The translations under genes were made by a program, and so were the position numbers. A stretch of 64,000 nucleotides of DNA from Bdellovibrionales bacterium (GTDB lineage: Bacteria > Bdellovibrionota > Bdellovibrionia > Bdellovibrionales > JAGQZY01), in assembly GCA_031426555.1 (NCBI GenBank), contig JANPLN010000062.1:16780-80779 (forward strand). The letters run 5' to 3'. A model generated the notes under the pieces. That model was not told the origin of the DNA, made no database searches, and saw nothing but the letters and a program-made list of their open reading frames with translations. Within the stretch, counting starts at the first letter, position 1, and each line of letters starts with the position of its first letter. Of this stretch, positions 19,853 to 29,580 are shown in pieces.

Positions 19853-20716
19853 ATGTTCGATATGCTCAAAAAGGTTTTTGCAGATTTTTTAAGCGACGAG
19901 ATTTTTACCCGCTCGTCGTCTCTGGCTTACTATTCGGCCTTAGCAATGGCACCCATCATTGTGCTCTTTGTTTGGACGCTTTCGGTGATCGGAGTGGATC
20001 TGCAAGCAGATTTGGTTGGCAATGTTGAATCGTTTGTTGGCAACGAGGGAGCTAGGTTGGTTGCTACAATTATCCAAGGGGCGGAAAAGCGTCCCGATTT
20101 GTCATCGTTAAGTGGTTGGCTTGGTTTCGCGGGGCTTTTGTTTTCGGCCAGTGTGATATTTGCAGAGCTCCAAGGCACGATGAACCTGATATTCGATACG
20201 GAAACCAAAAAAGTTAAAAGTAAAAGCCTCTTTCAGTCTGCAAAGGGATTGTTGTTCGATCGACTCTTTTCCATTGGGATGCTCCTCACCTTCGTCTTTC
20301 TGGCCATTACCTCGCTGATACTCTCGTCGTTTGTGGCCTATTTTTTTCGTGGCTTCGAAAGCAGCTGGCTTCAAACGATGATCACCGCTGTCAATTTTAT
20401 CGTCTTCAGTTTTCTTTTTGCTCTTATCTTTAAATACATGCCCGATCGGAGCATAAATAAAAAAGCAGCTTACGTGGGTGGGGCCATCACTTCGGCGCTG
20501 TTTAGTGTTGGAAAAACGGCCGTCAGCTACTATTTAGCGAGGGCTTCAGTGGGTTCTGCCTACGGCGCCGCTGGCTCCTTTGCGGTCTTACTGGTTTGGC
20601 TTTATTACTCGTCGGTCATCTTTTATTTTGGAGCGGAAATCGCGTTTGCCCTCCTCGTTGAAACCCCGGGCGAGACGAAATCAGATAGCCACAGTCTCAG
20701 AGACGGCTCTCGCTGA
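19853..20716 (+). CDS. YihY/BrkB family membrane protein
   Basis: SLAYYS, FKYMP and SAYGAAGS...LVWLYYS motifs; GGAGG SD before 19853. Confidence 0.92.
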   Translation: MFDMLKKVFADFLSDEIFTRSSSLAYYSALAMAPIIVLFVWTLSVIGVDLQADLVGNVESFVGNEGARLVATIIQGAEKRPDLSSLSGWLGFAGLLFSASVIFAELQGTMNLIFDTETKKVKSKSLFQSAKGLLFDRLFSIGMLLTFVFLAITSLILSSFVAYFFRGFESSWLQTMITAVNFIVFSFLFALIFKYMPDRSINKKAAYVGGAITSALFSVGKTAVSYYLARASVGSAYGAAGSFAVLLVWLYYSSVIFYFGAEIAFALLVETPGETKSDSHSLRDGSR

Positions 20717-21974
20717 TAAGTTCACGACCCGTATTTTTAACCGGTTGGTGGCTCTCAGCATTGCGGAGGATTTCGCGAACGTTATTGTCTGTGGACCCTT
20801 GATCAACACCTGCGGACCTTGGTTCCACGTTTATCGGTTGCCCTGAAGAAAGACCCTCCTCAATTTTCGTGGCGAGAATAGATTTCAATTTTTCCACGTT
20901 CGTCTTTCGCGAATCCACCCAGATGGACACTTCCACTTTGCCACTAGCAAAATTCACATCCATGACAGGGTCTTTAACAATTTCTGGCCTGGATTCAAGA
21001 AAGCGTCGAATACTTTGCGAAGTCAGTTTTTGGTCTGCCTCCGCTGGCGCCTGGAAAAAAAGTTTGGTTCGAGTAATAGGATTTATCGAATGATTTTTAA
21101 TAATGTTCGTGTAGACGAGAGCGTTTGGAATAAGGACGTGGTTACCGTCGAAATCCACAAGGGTTGTCCCCCGTGTGGTTATCTTAAAAACCACCCCACT
21201 CTGCCCAGCAACGTCAATGATGTCTCCAATTACAAAGGGCTTACGCACACTGAGCATGATCCCGGAAAAATAATTTTCTAAGATATTTTTAAAGGCAAAA
21301 CCAGCAACCAGCCCAGCGGCCCCGGTTCCTCCGACGAGAGTCAGCGCCAAACCAGTCAGTCCCATGAGCTTTAGCACTAAATAGATTCCAACCAGCAGTA
21401 TAGGAAGCGTTGTAAAAAATGACAGGACATCTACGAGAATCGGATTTGCCGTGCGATAAGACCAGACTTTCCGGATGCCACGTTTTGAAATTCGATATAG
21501 AAAAAATGACCCCAATAACACCAGTGCACTCGCCGTTAAATAAGGAATAAACGTAATGGTGTTTTTCCAAAAACTTTTGAGCTCTTTATGGGCGGGTGAA
21601 AGGTCAAGCCAACCAAGCTCCGAGAGTTGGAGATTATTGATAACGGCCACAACGCCATCGGTTTCCTTGGCCAAACTTTGCGCCCAGTCCCGTTGTCCTG
21701 CTTCCGAAGCCGTGCCTTGAAGAAATACCACGCCTTCATTTGAGGAAACTTTTAAATCTGTAAACCATCCAGTCACCCCAAGGACCTTTTGTAGGCGTGA
21801 AGAGATCTCAGCATCCGATTTTGACCGCGGAATTTCGATGGCGTTTTTTCCCTGCTCAACATTACGAGGAATGGCTTCATTGGTATCGTCTGCTAAAACG
21901 GGAAGCGGCGTGCAGACTCGAAAGGATAATAATGATAAAAACAAGCCGACCCGAAAAATTCTCAACATCCACAA
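20697..21974 (-). CDS. BON-domain MscS family mechanosensitive channel
   Basis: BON domain (GVVFLQG...DGVVAVINNL), TMs, GFAFKNILENYFSG...PFVIGD...IPN MscS core. Confidence 0.9.
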   Translation of the reverse strand: MWMLRIFRVGLFLSLLSFRVCTPLPVLADDTNEAIPRNVEQGKNAIEIPRSKSDAEISSRLQKVLGVTGWFTDLKVSSNEGVVFLQGTASEAGQRDWAQSLAKETDGVVAVINNLQLSELGWLDLSPAHKELKSFWKNTITFIPYLTASALVLLGSFFLYRISKRGIRKVWSYRTANPILVDVLSFFTTLPILLVGIYLVLKLMGLTGLALTLVGGTGAAGLVAGFAFKNILENYFSGIMLSVRKPFVIGDIIDVAGQSGVVFKITTRGTTLVDFDGNHVLIPNALVYTNIIKNHSINPITRTKLFFQAPAEADQKLTSQSIRRFLESRPEIVKDPVMDVNFASGKVEVSIWVDSRKTNVEKLKSILATKIEEGLSSGQPINVEPRSAGVDQGSTDNNVREILRNAESHQPVKNTGRELISESRL

Positions 21975-22076
21975 CCCTCTTCACCAGTAAGTTCAACATT
22001 TACACTACGAGTTCGTTTTCACCCCGTGTTTTATCAAAAATCGCCGGGAAAGCCGCTTAATTCGCAGCAGAATTAC

Positions 22077-22092
22077 TGGACTGCATTTTGCC
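22077..22092 (+). promoter_or_regulatory. Candidate sigma54 promoter for the 22146-24002 gene run
   Basis: TGGACT-GCATT-TTGCC: GG/GC correctly spaced, about 55 nt upstream of the start codon. Confidence 0.5.
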
Positions 22093-22145
22093 TACCAACG
22101 GTATACGAGAGCCGTTGGCGGTTCCCGATATTCAACCCAAGGAGA

Positions 22146-22613
22146 ATGAAAATGCAAAACCAGTCCCGTTCGCAAAATAACCCGTCTAGCAGCAGCACCA
22201 CCAGTCCATCGAATAAAGGTGGGACCTCTAAAATGAATTCGCAGATGAATTCACAGACGAATTCACAAGGCAGTCAAAACGCCCAAGGTGACAAAGAAGA
22301 AACCTCTGAAAGCTCAAGCATCACTAAATCAGTGGGTGCCGTGATCGGAGAAAGTTTGGCTAAAGATGCGCAAGCTCGCGTGGACGATGTCATGGACCGC
22401 GTAAATGGCTATTTTAAAACTGCTAAAGAGTATGTTTCCGAAAATCCAAAAGAAACAGCTGCCATCGTTGCCGCCGTTGGTGTTGCCGCGTGGGTTCTTC
22501 TATATACGAAGCCAGGACGCCAAGTCTTTGAAAAAGGCGCCGCAATGTATGTTCCAGAAATTTCTAAATGGATCACACAGAATCTGACATCGTCTTCAGC
22601 TACAAAACATTAA
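22146..22613 (+). CDS. Hypothetical stress protein (low-complexity N/S/Q N-terminus, DUF883/ElaB-like C-terminal anchor)
   Basis: AAGGAG SD before 22146/22152; EYVSENP followed by a TM helix resembles ElaB/YqjD tails. Confidence 0.65.
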   Translation: MKMQNQSRSQNNPSSSSTTSPSNKGGTSKMNSQMNSQTNSQGSQNAQGDKEETSESSSITKSVGAVIGESLAKDAQARVDDVMDRVNGYFKTAKEYVSENPKETAAIVAAVGVAAWVLLYTKPGRQVFEKGAAMYVPEISKWITQNLTSSSATKH

Positions 22614-22623
22614 CTGAAGTATT

Positions 22624-23055
22624 ATGGATAACCAAGATACCCAAAAATCCTATGCTGATCTCCTTCGGGAGGTCAGCCGTAATGCCAAGGAACTTTTCGC
22701 AAGCGAAATCGATCTGGTTCGCATCGAAGCAAAGAGCTCCTTTAAGACAGTGGAACGTCATTCCTACGCTCTCATTATTAGCGTTTGGTTTGTGCTTTTT
22801 GCCCCGTTGGGACTGTTTGCTTCGGCGATTCTCGTTCTCGGCGATTATTGGGAGGGGCGGTACTGGCTGAGTTCACTCGTCGTTGGAGCAAGTGCTCTCT
22901 TTGTTGGATTAGTACTTATGAAAAACACGGTCAAAAAAATTCGCAGCGAGCCCAAGCTCATGCAGGCCACGCAAAACACGCTCAATTTTGTTGCGGATAA
23001 AACAAAAGAAAACGTCGAAGACGTTTCGATTGCCCTTAGCGGAGGGAAAACATGA
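22624..23055 (+). CDS. YqjE/DUF1469 ('phage holin family') membrane protein
   Basis: LFASEIDLVRIEAK followed by two TM helices; typical partner of DUF883/DUF3618 genes. Confidence 0.75.
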   Translation: MDNQDTQKSYADLLREVSRNAKELFASEIDLVRIEAKSSFKTVERHSYALIISVWFVLFAPLGLFASAILVLGDYWEGRYWLSSLVVGASALFVGLVLMKNTVKKIRSEPKLMQATQNTLNFVADKTKENVEDVSIALSGGKT

Positions 23056-23363
23056 TGTCCAACGAAGTGGCTGTAGCCGAAGCTCGAGCGATAGAGAGTG
23101 CGCGAAAACTCGATAGGTCCATCGACGAGCTCATTGATAAAATCGAAGGAACCACCGAAAGCGTAAGCAAAACGATTGAAACCGTGAACGCTCCGTTTAA
23201 AACCGTGAAGAATTTGGCAATAAGACTTCGTGAAGGACACGGAGAAGACTCTGTTCCTTTCTTGCTGGCCGTTGGCGTGACCGCGGCGTGCGTGTTGGGA
23301 CTGGGGCTCTATTGGCGTTCCCAGAACTTTGCGTCCACCGAGACCACCGAGCTAAATAAATAA
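23052..23363 (+). CDS. Hypothetical membrane-anchored coiled-coil protein (DUF3618-like)
   Basis: LDRSIDELIDKI coiled coil with C-terminal TM; overlaps the preceding stop. Confidence 0.55.
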   Translation: MMSNEVAVAEARAIESARKLDRSIDELIDKIEGTTESVSKTIETVNAPFKTVKNLAIRLREGHGEDSVPFLLAVGVTAACVLGLGLYWRSQNFASTETTELNK

Positions 23364-23405
23364 AACAAATAACAACAAACTAAACGAACTACGAGGAGAC
23401 GTACG

Positions 23406-24002
23406 ATGAACAAGCGACTTGAAAAGAAAATGAATAAAAAGGCAAATTCAGATCCATTAATGGGAGCACCCGGCCACACGTCAGCGGACATGGCACCAAG
23501 TTCGAAAAAAAGTGATTCCTCTAAAAGTATGGCGAAAGAGGATCGTGACCAAGACTCTTCTCAGGAGACTGCCTCTGAGGTGTCTGACGACGCAGGCTCG
23601 GTGGATTCCGTTCTTTCCTCTCTGGGATCCGTCTTTGGTGAGGAAAACATTGATAAACTAAAAACTCTTATCGAAGAGAATTCGCGCAATGCTGAAGAAA
23701 AAATCATGAAGTTTCTTCGCAGTATCACACCGAACACGGAAGATATGAGAATGCCAAAGTTGTCGGACGCGAAAAAGCATCCAGTCGCCGCTGCCAGCGC
23801 TGTGGCCGCAGGCATTGGAACAGTCTTTTTGCTTCGCGCTTACCTAAAGAACGGCAACACTGAAAATGAAGAAACTCAAGATTCAGGTAACAAGGCCAAG
23901 AAGAAACAGACCTCTGTCGCTCGTAAGGCGAGTTCTAAAACCTCTAAAGGGACGAAGGCTTCCAAAGCCAAAAGCTCGGCTGGAAAACTAAAAAAGAGGT
24001 AA
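23406..24002 (+). CDS. Hypothetical low-complexity membrane-anchored protein with Lys/Ser-rich tail
   Basis: GAGGAG SD; KKHP + TM helix; basic C-terminal tail. Confidence 0.7.
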   Translation: MNKRLEKKMNKKANSDPLMGAPGHTSADMAPSSKKSDSSKSMAKEDRDQDSSQETASEVSDDAGSVDSVLSSLGSVFGEENIDKLKTLIEENSRNAEEKIMKFLRSITPNTEDMRMPKLSDAKKHPVAAASAVAAGIGTVFLLRAYLKNGNTENEETQDSGNKAKKKQTSVARKASSKTSKGTKASKAKSSAGKLKKR

Positions 24003-24209
24003 GTAATTCACTCAATTGTTCCAATTCAGTCCCGAAAAAAAAGGGTAAAAAAAATACAATTCGAACGCCTCTACGTTGCGCCCGCTTTCTATAGGGGCGC
24101 AGGCCCTACATCCAGAATTTTGTGCGTTTACTAAGAAATCTTCACACACACGACGAGTCAAATCCGATATTGTGCTAGGTTTTAAACAGATATGGCTGGG
24201 CTTTGAAAA

Positions 24210-26039
24210 ATGTTTCGTTTCCTTAAGGATCAATTTATAGATATTTTGCTGGCAGGTACTGTCGGCAAACATCGCTTTGGCGTTGAAAATCGAATCACAA
24301 TCTTTACTAATGTTACCGGCCTTGTTGGTTTGGTATTCGGCATCCTTTATTATTTTCAGCTAGACAGGTTTAGCGTTGAGGGTGTCTTTAATATTGTCTA
24401 TTTGGTTGTCGCCTCGCTGGCCGCTTCGATTATAATTCTTAATCTCTTGGGAAGGCAGCAATTTGCTAAATTGGTTACTGTTTTGTTGCTCATTTCGTCG
24501 GGTTGGCATGCTATGTTTTTCTTTGGAAAATCCTTTAACGGCTATCAATTATTTTTTGTAGCCATCGTCTTTAGCGCAACTGCATTTTCGAGCAAAACCA
24601 AACTGATACGATGGACAATGCTCGGGCTTTCATTACTTTGCCTGCCGGCGGCTGACTATTTTTCCCATAGAAAACTTCTGCCAGTGACAGACCTTAATTC
24701 GGGGAATGAACCGTTGGGGTTTTTGTTAATGGATACCGCACTCGTATCTTTTAGTCTGGTGGCATTGTTACTCCTAGAAAAATTCTTTGCGGAAAAAAAC
24801 GAATCTGAGCTAATTTTATTAAATAAGAATCTTGAGGAGATTGTCGCTAAGCGAACGGCGCTTTTGGATTCGGCTCGCGAAGAGGCTATGACTGCGAGTC
24901 GTGCAAAATCTCGTTTCGTCGCAAATACTTCCCATGAATTAAGAACGCCATTAAATTCAATCATTGGCTTTGTGGATTTATTGCTGGATGCAAAGCTTGA
25001 GGAATCAGAGCGACGACGCTTTCTAGAGATTATAAAACGCAGTGGAAATCAGCTGCTGCAAATCGTAAACGACATCTTGGATCTCTCCAAAATCGAAGCC
25101 GAAAAAATGGATATCGAAGAGCATGTGTTTTCACCCCAGGAAATGCTTGAAGAAGTTAAAAATATGATGACATTAAAAGCTGTTGATAAGGGATTAGGCT
25201 TTAAGTTCGAAAGTCGCCAAGTTCTTCCCAAAAAAGTGGTGAGTGATCCGCTGCGAATCAAACAAATTCTGGTAAATCTCATTGGCAATGCTGTAAAATT
25301 TACGTCCAAAGGTGGAATCGTGGTGACTGTGCAGGTGATTCCTCAGAGTGATCAGCTTGTCATTTTGCAATATGATATTTCCGATACGGGGCCGGGGATC
25401 TCGGTCGAAAATGTGGATTATCTGTTTAGACCCTTTTCTCAGCTGGACAGCTCTCTCAATCGTAACTTCGGTGGCTCAGGTCTTGGGTTGTCGCTTTCAA
25501 AAAGTTTAGCCGAGCAACTCGGCGGTGAGTTGACGCTATTAGAATCAGAGCCAAACAAAGGTTCCACCTTCCGCTTTCGCATTCCGTGTAAAATGATTGA
25601 AAATGCAACATGGGAGCCATCGCTGAACTTAGAAAAAGACAAAAAAGCAGTCGATATTCTCAATGGTAAAAGAATTCTTTTGGTGGATGATTCTGTCGAG
25701 AATCAAATTCTTTCAGCTCTTTTCTTAAGGGGGGCAGGCGCCGAAGTCGATGTGGCAGAGAATGGCCAAATGGCGATCGAAATTTACGAAAAGCAGCAGC
25801 ATTATTTTGATTTGATCCTTATGGATTTACAAATGCCCATTCTCGATGGGTACGAAGCAACGCGAATTTTACGTGCTAAGGGGTACCAGGTGCCAATCAT
25901 TGCATTCACGGCGCATGCCATGAAGGATGAGTTGGAGAACGCAAAGTCGGCAGGATTTAATGACTGCCTCACAAAACCCATCAAACGTCAGATTCTGGCA
26001 GAAAAAGTAGCGGCTGTGTTAAATGTGAAGAAGCTTTAA
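24210..26039 (+). CDS. Membrane-bound hybrid sensor histidine kinase/receiver
   Basis: Multiple TMs; SHELRTPLN H-box; NAVKFT, DTGPGI and GGSGLGL; REC domain LLVDD...LMDLQMP...KP. Confidence 0.95.
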   Translation: MFRFLKDQFIDILLAGTVGKHRFGVENRITIFTNVTGLVGLVFGILYYFQLDRFSVEGVFNIVYLVVASLAASIIILNLLGRQQFAKLVTVLLLISSGWHAMFFFGKSFNGYQLFFVAIVFSATAFSSKTKLIRWTMLGLSLLCLPAADYFSHRKLLPVTDLNSGNEPLGFLLMDTALVSFSLVALLLLEKFFAEKNESELILLNKNLEEIVAKRTALLDSAREEAMTASRAKSRFVANTSHELRTPLNSIIGFVDLLLDAKLEESERRRFLEIIKRSGNQLLQIVNDILDLSKIEAEKMDIEEHVFSPQEMLEEVKNMMTLKAVDKGLGFKFESRQVLPKKVVSDPLRIKQILVNLIGNAVKFTSKGGIVVTVQVIPQSDQLVILQYDISDTGPGISVENVDYLFRPFSQLDSSLNRNFGGSGLGLSLSKSLAEQLGGELTLLESEPNKGSTFRFRIPCKMIENATWEPSLNLEKDKKAVDILNGKRILLVDDSVENQILSALFLRGAGAEVDVAENGQMAIEIYEKQQHYFDLILMDLQMPILDGYEATRILRAKGYQVPIIAFTAHAMKDELENAKSAGFNDCLTKPIKRQILAEKVAAVLNVKKL

Positions 26040-26042
26040 ATT

Positions 26043-26071
26043 TTGACCCCTTGGCCCAACTGTGCTATAAA
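26043..26071 (+). promoter_or_regulatory. Sigma70 promoter of tmRNA
   Basis: TTGACC-N17-TATAAA with extended TG. Confidence 0.75.
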
Positions 26072-26091
26072 ATAAGGAGAATAATCTATGT

Positions 26092-26441
26092 GGGGGCGTA
26101 CTGGCTTCGACGTTGGTTGTGCAGCTTAAGGAGCATACCGGGGACGCATGAGGACCCCGTTAAAAACGTGCAATTGTTATTTGGCGATCAATTCGCTTTT
26201 GCAGCTTAATTAAAAGCTGTTGCTGACCACGTAGCCTGCTAGCGGCGATGTGCGAAGTATAACTCAAAGCTAGCTCGATTCTTGGGTGTTGTTGCGAGCC
26301 TAAGCGTTTAAAAATTTCGGGGCAAGGGTTGCGAAAGTTTGTCGATGGAAGTTTGCAACCGTCATTAAGCACCGACTAAGTATGAAGCGCCTTAATGTGA
26401 ATCACTTACGGACCCGGGTTCAACTCCCGGCGCCTCCACCA
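26092..26441 (+). ncRNA. ssrA: tmRNA (SsrA), tag peptide (A)GDQFAFAA*
   Basis: 5' GGGGGCG pairs with 3' CGCCTCC-ACCA with a G3:U wobble; T-arm CCGGGTTCAACTCCCGG; tag ORF 26183-26209. Confidence 0.96.
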
Positions 26442-26478
26442 TTTTTAAAACTGATTCGAACCGGTCAGTTTGCCGGTA

Positions 26479-27375
26479 TCAGCGAATCTCTTGGCTGAGA
26501 AAATCAATAAATGCTTTAGTTTTTGCAGGTAGGTAATCTTTTGATGGATAAAGGAGCCACGAGTTTGCATTGAACTCGGTCGCAGTTGCCAAGTAACTTG
26601 GGAAGATGTCGATGAGCTGGCCCTGGGCCAACTCATCTTGGATTAATACTTTAGCTAAAAGTGAGATCCCGTGCCCCATCAGCGCAGCTTCTTTTAAGAC
26701 GAGTGCGTTCGAGGCACGCAATTGACCTTTCACTTGCACAAGGTTTTCTTTCTGGCTGTTTTTAGACTTAAAGCGCCAGCCTGAGTTGAAGCCAGGGAAC
26801 AGAAACTGATTGCAGCTGTGCTGTGCCAGATCCGTCGGTGCCTTGATCAAGGGGTTGGCTTTTAGATACTCTGGGCTTGCACAGACAATGTACTCCAGAG
26901 CGGTGAGCTTTTTTGCCACGAATGAAGAGTCATCAAGGTGTCCAAAACGGATCGCCACGTCTACCCGTTGTTCCAACAGATTAAGCACTGTATCCGTGAT
27001 CAAATAATCAATTTCAATATCAGGATACATTTTAAAAAATTTTGGTAGTAGCGGATTGATAATCAACATCCCGAACGATACTGGGCTGGTCAAACGAATG
27101 ACTCCGCTCGGTTTGCGTTTTCGATCCTTTAAAAATGTTTTTAAAGATTTCAGCTGATCAATCAGCGGCTCAACACGTTGATAGAAAGCCTGCCCTTCTT
27201 CCGTGAGCGCAAGCTTCCGAGTTGTGCGTTGAAACAGCTTTACCGTTAAATCTTTTTCGAGCAGAGACACCGCTCTGGAAACAACCGATGGATCTAGATC
27301 CAAAGAGCGGCCGGCCTTAGCTAGACTTCCATCTCTGACGACTTGAATAAATACCGCTATTTTCTGCACATCCAT
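26479..27375 (-). CDS. LysR family transcriptional regulator (CrgA/DmlR-like)
   Basis: N-terminal HTH with LFQRTTRKLALTEEG; VDVAIRFG; ASPEYL. Confidence 0.95.
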   Translation of the reverse strand: MDVQKIAVFIQVVRDGSLAKAGRSLDLDPSVVSRAVSLLEKDLTVKLFQRTTRKLALTEEGQAFYQRVEPLIDQLKSLKTFLKDRKRKPSGVIRLTSPVSFGMLIINPLLPKFFKMYPDIEIDYLITDTVLNLLEQRVDVAIRFGHLDDSSFVAKKLTALEYIVCASPEYLKANPLIKAPTDLAQHSCNQFLFPGFNSGWRFKSKNSQKENLVQVKGQLRASNALVLKEAALMGHGISLLAKVLIQDELAQGQLIDIFPSYLATATEFNANSWLLYPSKDYLPAKTKAFIDFLSQEIR

Positions 27376-27377
27376 TC

Positions 27378-27392
27378 ATGCAAATTTTGCAT
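27378..27392. promoter_or_regulatory. LysR T-N11-A operator
   Basis: ATGCAAA-T-TTTGCAT palindrome at the LysR start, in the divergent intergenic region. Confidence 0.65.
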
Positions 27393-27467
27393 TAAAGTAA
27401 TGAAATTTACAATCTTTTAAACATGATCATATCCGATTAACCTTGTTCTCAGACGAGGGAGAAAAAA

Positions 27468-28367
27468 ATGAAGAAACCAAAAGTAGGATTCATCGGCCTT
27501 GGCGGAATGGGCACGGGGATGTGCAAAAAGCTTCTTGAAGCTGGACACCCTGTGACAGTTTTTAATCGAACGTCATCTAAGGCTGAATCGATCAGGCAGC
27601 TTGGCGCAGAGATCAAAGACACCCCAAGGCAGGTCGCAGAGAATGTGGAGATTCTGATCACGATGGTTTCCGATGACAAGGCTCTTAAAGACGTTGTTTT
27701 CGGAGATGATGGCGCACTAAAGGGACTACAGCCCGAGAGCATTCATATTTCCATGAGCACAATCAGTGAAAGTCTAGCTGAGACGCTCTCCAATGAACAT
27801 CTTAAAACCAAAACGCATCACATAGGTGCGCCTGTGTTTGGTCGCCCACCTGCTGCGGCGGCGGGCAAGCTCTATATAATTGCTGGGGGAACAGAAGCTG
27901 CCATCGAAAGGTGCAGGGACATCTTTACCAACCTCGGACAAAAGCTGGTTGTGGTCGGCACGGAACCGAAAAACGCACATCTCACAAAGATCCTAGGAAA
28001 TTTTATGCTGTTCTCAGCAATTGAAACCATGGCGGAAGCCATAGCGCACGCCAAAACCTCGGGCTTAGATGAGCGTATATTCTTAGAGGCCATGACTTCA
28101 ACAATTTTTAATTCTCCTCTCTACTCAAACTACGGAACGATGATGGTGGATAAAAATTTTCCAACGAGCGGAGCCGTAAGTTTTCAGCTTGCATTGAAAG
28201 ATGTGAGCCTCGTTTTGCAAAGCTCTGCAACTCAGAACACAACACTGCCCGTAGCAGAGTTTTTGCGAGGTCGATTGAAGCATGGTATTGAAACTGGGTA
28301 CGAAAATTATGACGTGAGCGCTTTGGTTGAGTTAGCGGCCGGGCTTCACAAAACTGAAAGGGTTTAA
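27468..28367 (+). CDS. NAD(P)-dependent oxidoreductase, beta-hydroxyacid dehydrogenase family
   Basis: GFIGLGGMG, FNRT, APVFG and KILGN motifs. Confidence 0.92.
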   Translation: MKKPKVGFIGLGGMGTGMCKKLLEAGHPVTVFNRTSSKAESIRQLGAEIKDTPRQVAENVEILITMVSDDKALKDVVFGDDGALKGLQPESIHISMSTISESLAETLSNEHLKTKTHHIGAPVFGRPPAAAAGKLYIIAGGTEAAIERCRDIFTNLGQKLVVVGTEPKNAHLTKILGNFMLFSAIETMAEAIAHAKTSGLDERIFLEAMTSTIFNSPLYSNYGTMMVDKNFPTSGAVSFQLALKDVSLVLQSSATQNTTLPVAEFLRGRLKHGIETGYENYDVSALVELAAGLHKTERV

Positions 28368-28371
28368 TCAA

Positions 28372-29163
28372 ATGGGAAAATTAGAATCACTGAATTTAAA
28401 AAAGCTAGTTGGAATTTTACTTGCTGGCTTTTTATCCGCCGAAGTTTGCTGGTCCGCCCAAAGCTCAGTGCCCGAAGCGAAACCGAAAGTTTTATTCGTA
28501 CTCACGAGCCATGACGAAATAAAAACGAAGGGTACTAAAACTGGATTTTGGCTTTCAGAGCTCACACATCCTTTTTTTGAATTCACAAACAACGGAGTCG
28601 ACACTGATATCGTCTCCATCGGCGGTGGTGATGCACCTATAGAGCCGCGAAGCCTAAAACTGGAAGATCCAGAAAATAAAAAATTCATGGCTGAGCATAA
28701 AAAACGACTCAAGAATCTGCGCCGATTAAGCTCGGTCGATGCAAAGAACTACAAAGCGATTTACTTTGTGGGCGGCCACGGTGCGATGTGGGATTTTGTA
28801 GATTCCAAAATTGTATCGTCGGTGGCTTTAGCAATCTATGATAACAGTGGCGTGGTCGCCGCCGTTTGCCACGGACCCGCCGCCTTCGCCAGTATTCAAA
28901 AGCCAGATGGAGTCTATCTTGTAAAAGGCAAGAAGGTCGCTGGTTTTTCTAACGATGAAGAAAAAGCGATCCAGCATGAGAAGCATGTGCCCTTTTTACT
29001 AGAAGATAAGCTTAAGCAAATTGGTGGCATCTACTCGAAAGCCAGTGTGTTTCAAGCTCACGTGGTGGTCGATCAACGGATTGTAAGTGGTCAAAATCCT
29101 GCATCCGCCAAAGCCGTAGCAAAAGAAGTCCTAAAACTAATCCAGCCTAAGGAAGCCTTATGA
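28372..29163 (+). CDS. DJ-1/PfpI (Hsp31-like) type 1 glutamine amidotransferase domain protein, exported
   Basis: Signal peptide; TGFWLSEL, GGHGAMWD, AVCHGP and SGQNPAS motifs. Confidence 0.92.
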   Translation: MGKLESLNLKKLVGILLAGFLSAEVCWSAQSSVPEAKPKVLFVLTSHDEIKTKGTKTGFWLSELTHPFFEFTNNGVDTDIVSIGGGDAPIEPRSLKLEDPENKKFMAEHKKRLKNLRRLSSVDAKNYKAIYFVGGHGAMWDFVDSKIVSSVALAIYDNSGVVAAVCHGPAAFASIQKPDGVYLVKGKKVAGFSNDEEKAIQHEKHVPFLLEDKLKQIGGIYSKASVFQAHVVVDQRIVSGQNPASAKAVAKEVLKLIQPKEAL

Positions 29164-29249
29164 GTCTAGTCTTTTCCGCAATAGTAACAGTGACTGGAGG
29201 GCGAGCCACGACTGAGCCTTCGGTTTTACGGCAATAACATTCGCATGAA

Positions 29250-29555
29250 CAAGTTTGCGAACATGATCGAATTGTTTTAACCTGAACGAATTGGCTTGGG
29301 CCGCCAGGATTTGTACTTCACGAACTGTATTCGCCATGAAGCCCCCTTTCTTGCCCGAGCAGCTCGATCACCCCGTTGGATTTTGCGGAATGCTCAAGGC
29401 TCGCTGAAAAAAGATCGTCTTCCTCTAAACTCGGCGTGGAGACCTGACTTATTGACGCGGGTGACTTTTTCGAGGTCCTGAACTGTGGTGCCTGCAAAAC
29501 CGCGCCTCCAGAACAATTGGATAGATTTTTCAAGCAGTTCTCTGCGATATTAAAC
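29250..29555 (-). pseudogene. Degraded TetR-family regulator
   Basis: Across frameshifts the minus strand reads ELLEKSIQLFWRRGFAGTTVQDLEKVTRVNKSGLHAEF / DLFSASLEH / FMANTVRE. No start codon; boundaries approximate. Confidence 0.75.
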
Positions 29556-29580
29556 TGAACAGTTCAAAAAGGAGAATCCA

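Noticed and set aside
22624..23055. Prophage suggested by a 'phage holin family' protein near tmRNA
   Set aside because: No integrase, capsid, terminase or lysin; this family is normally a stress-cluster membrane protein.
26415..26441. attR-type duplication of the tmRNA 3' end
   Set aside because: No second copy was found by eye in the window; a computational search could still find a degenerate one.
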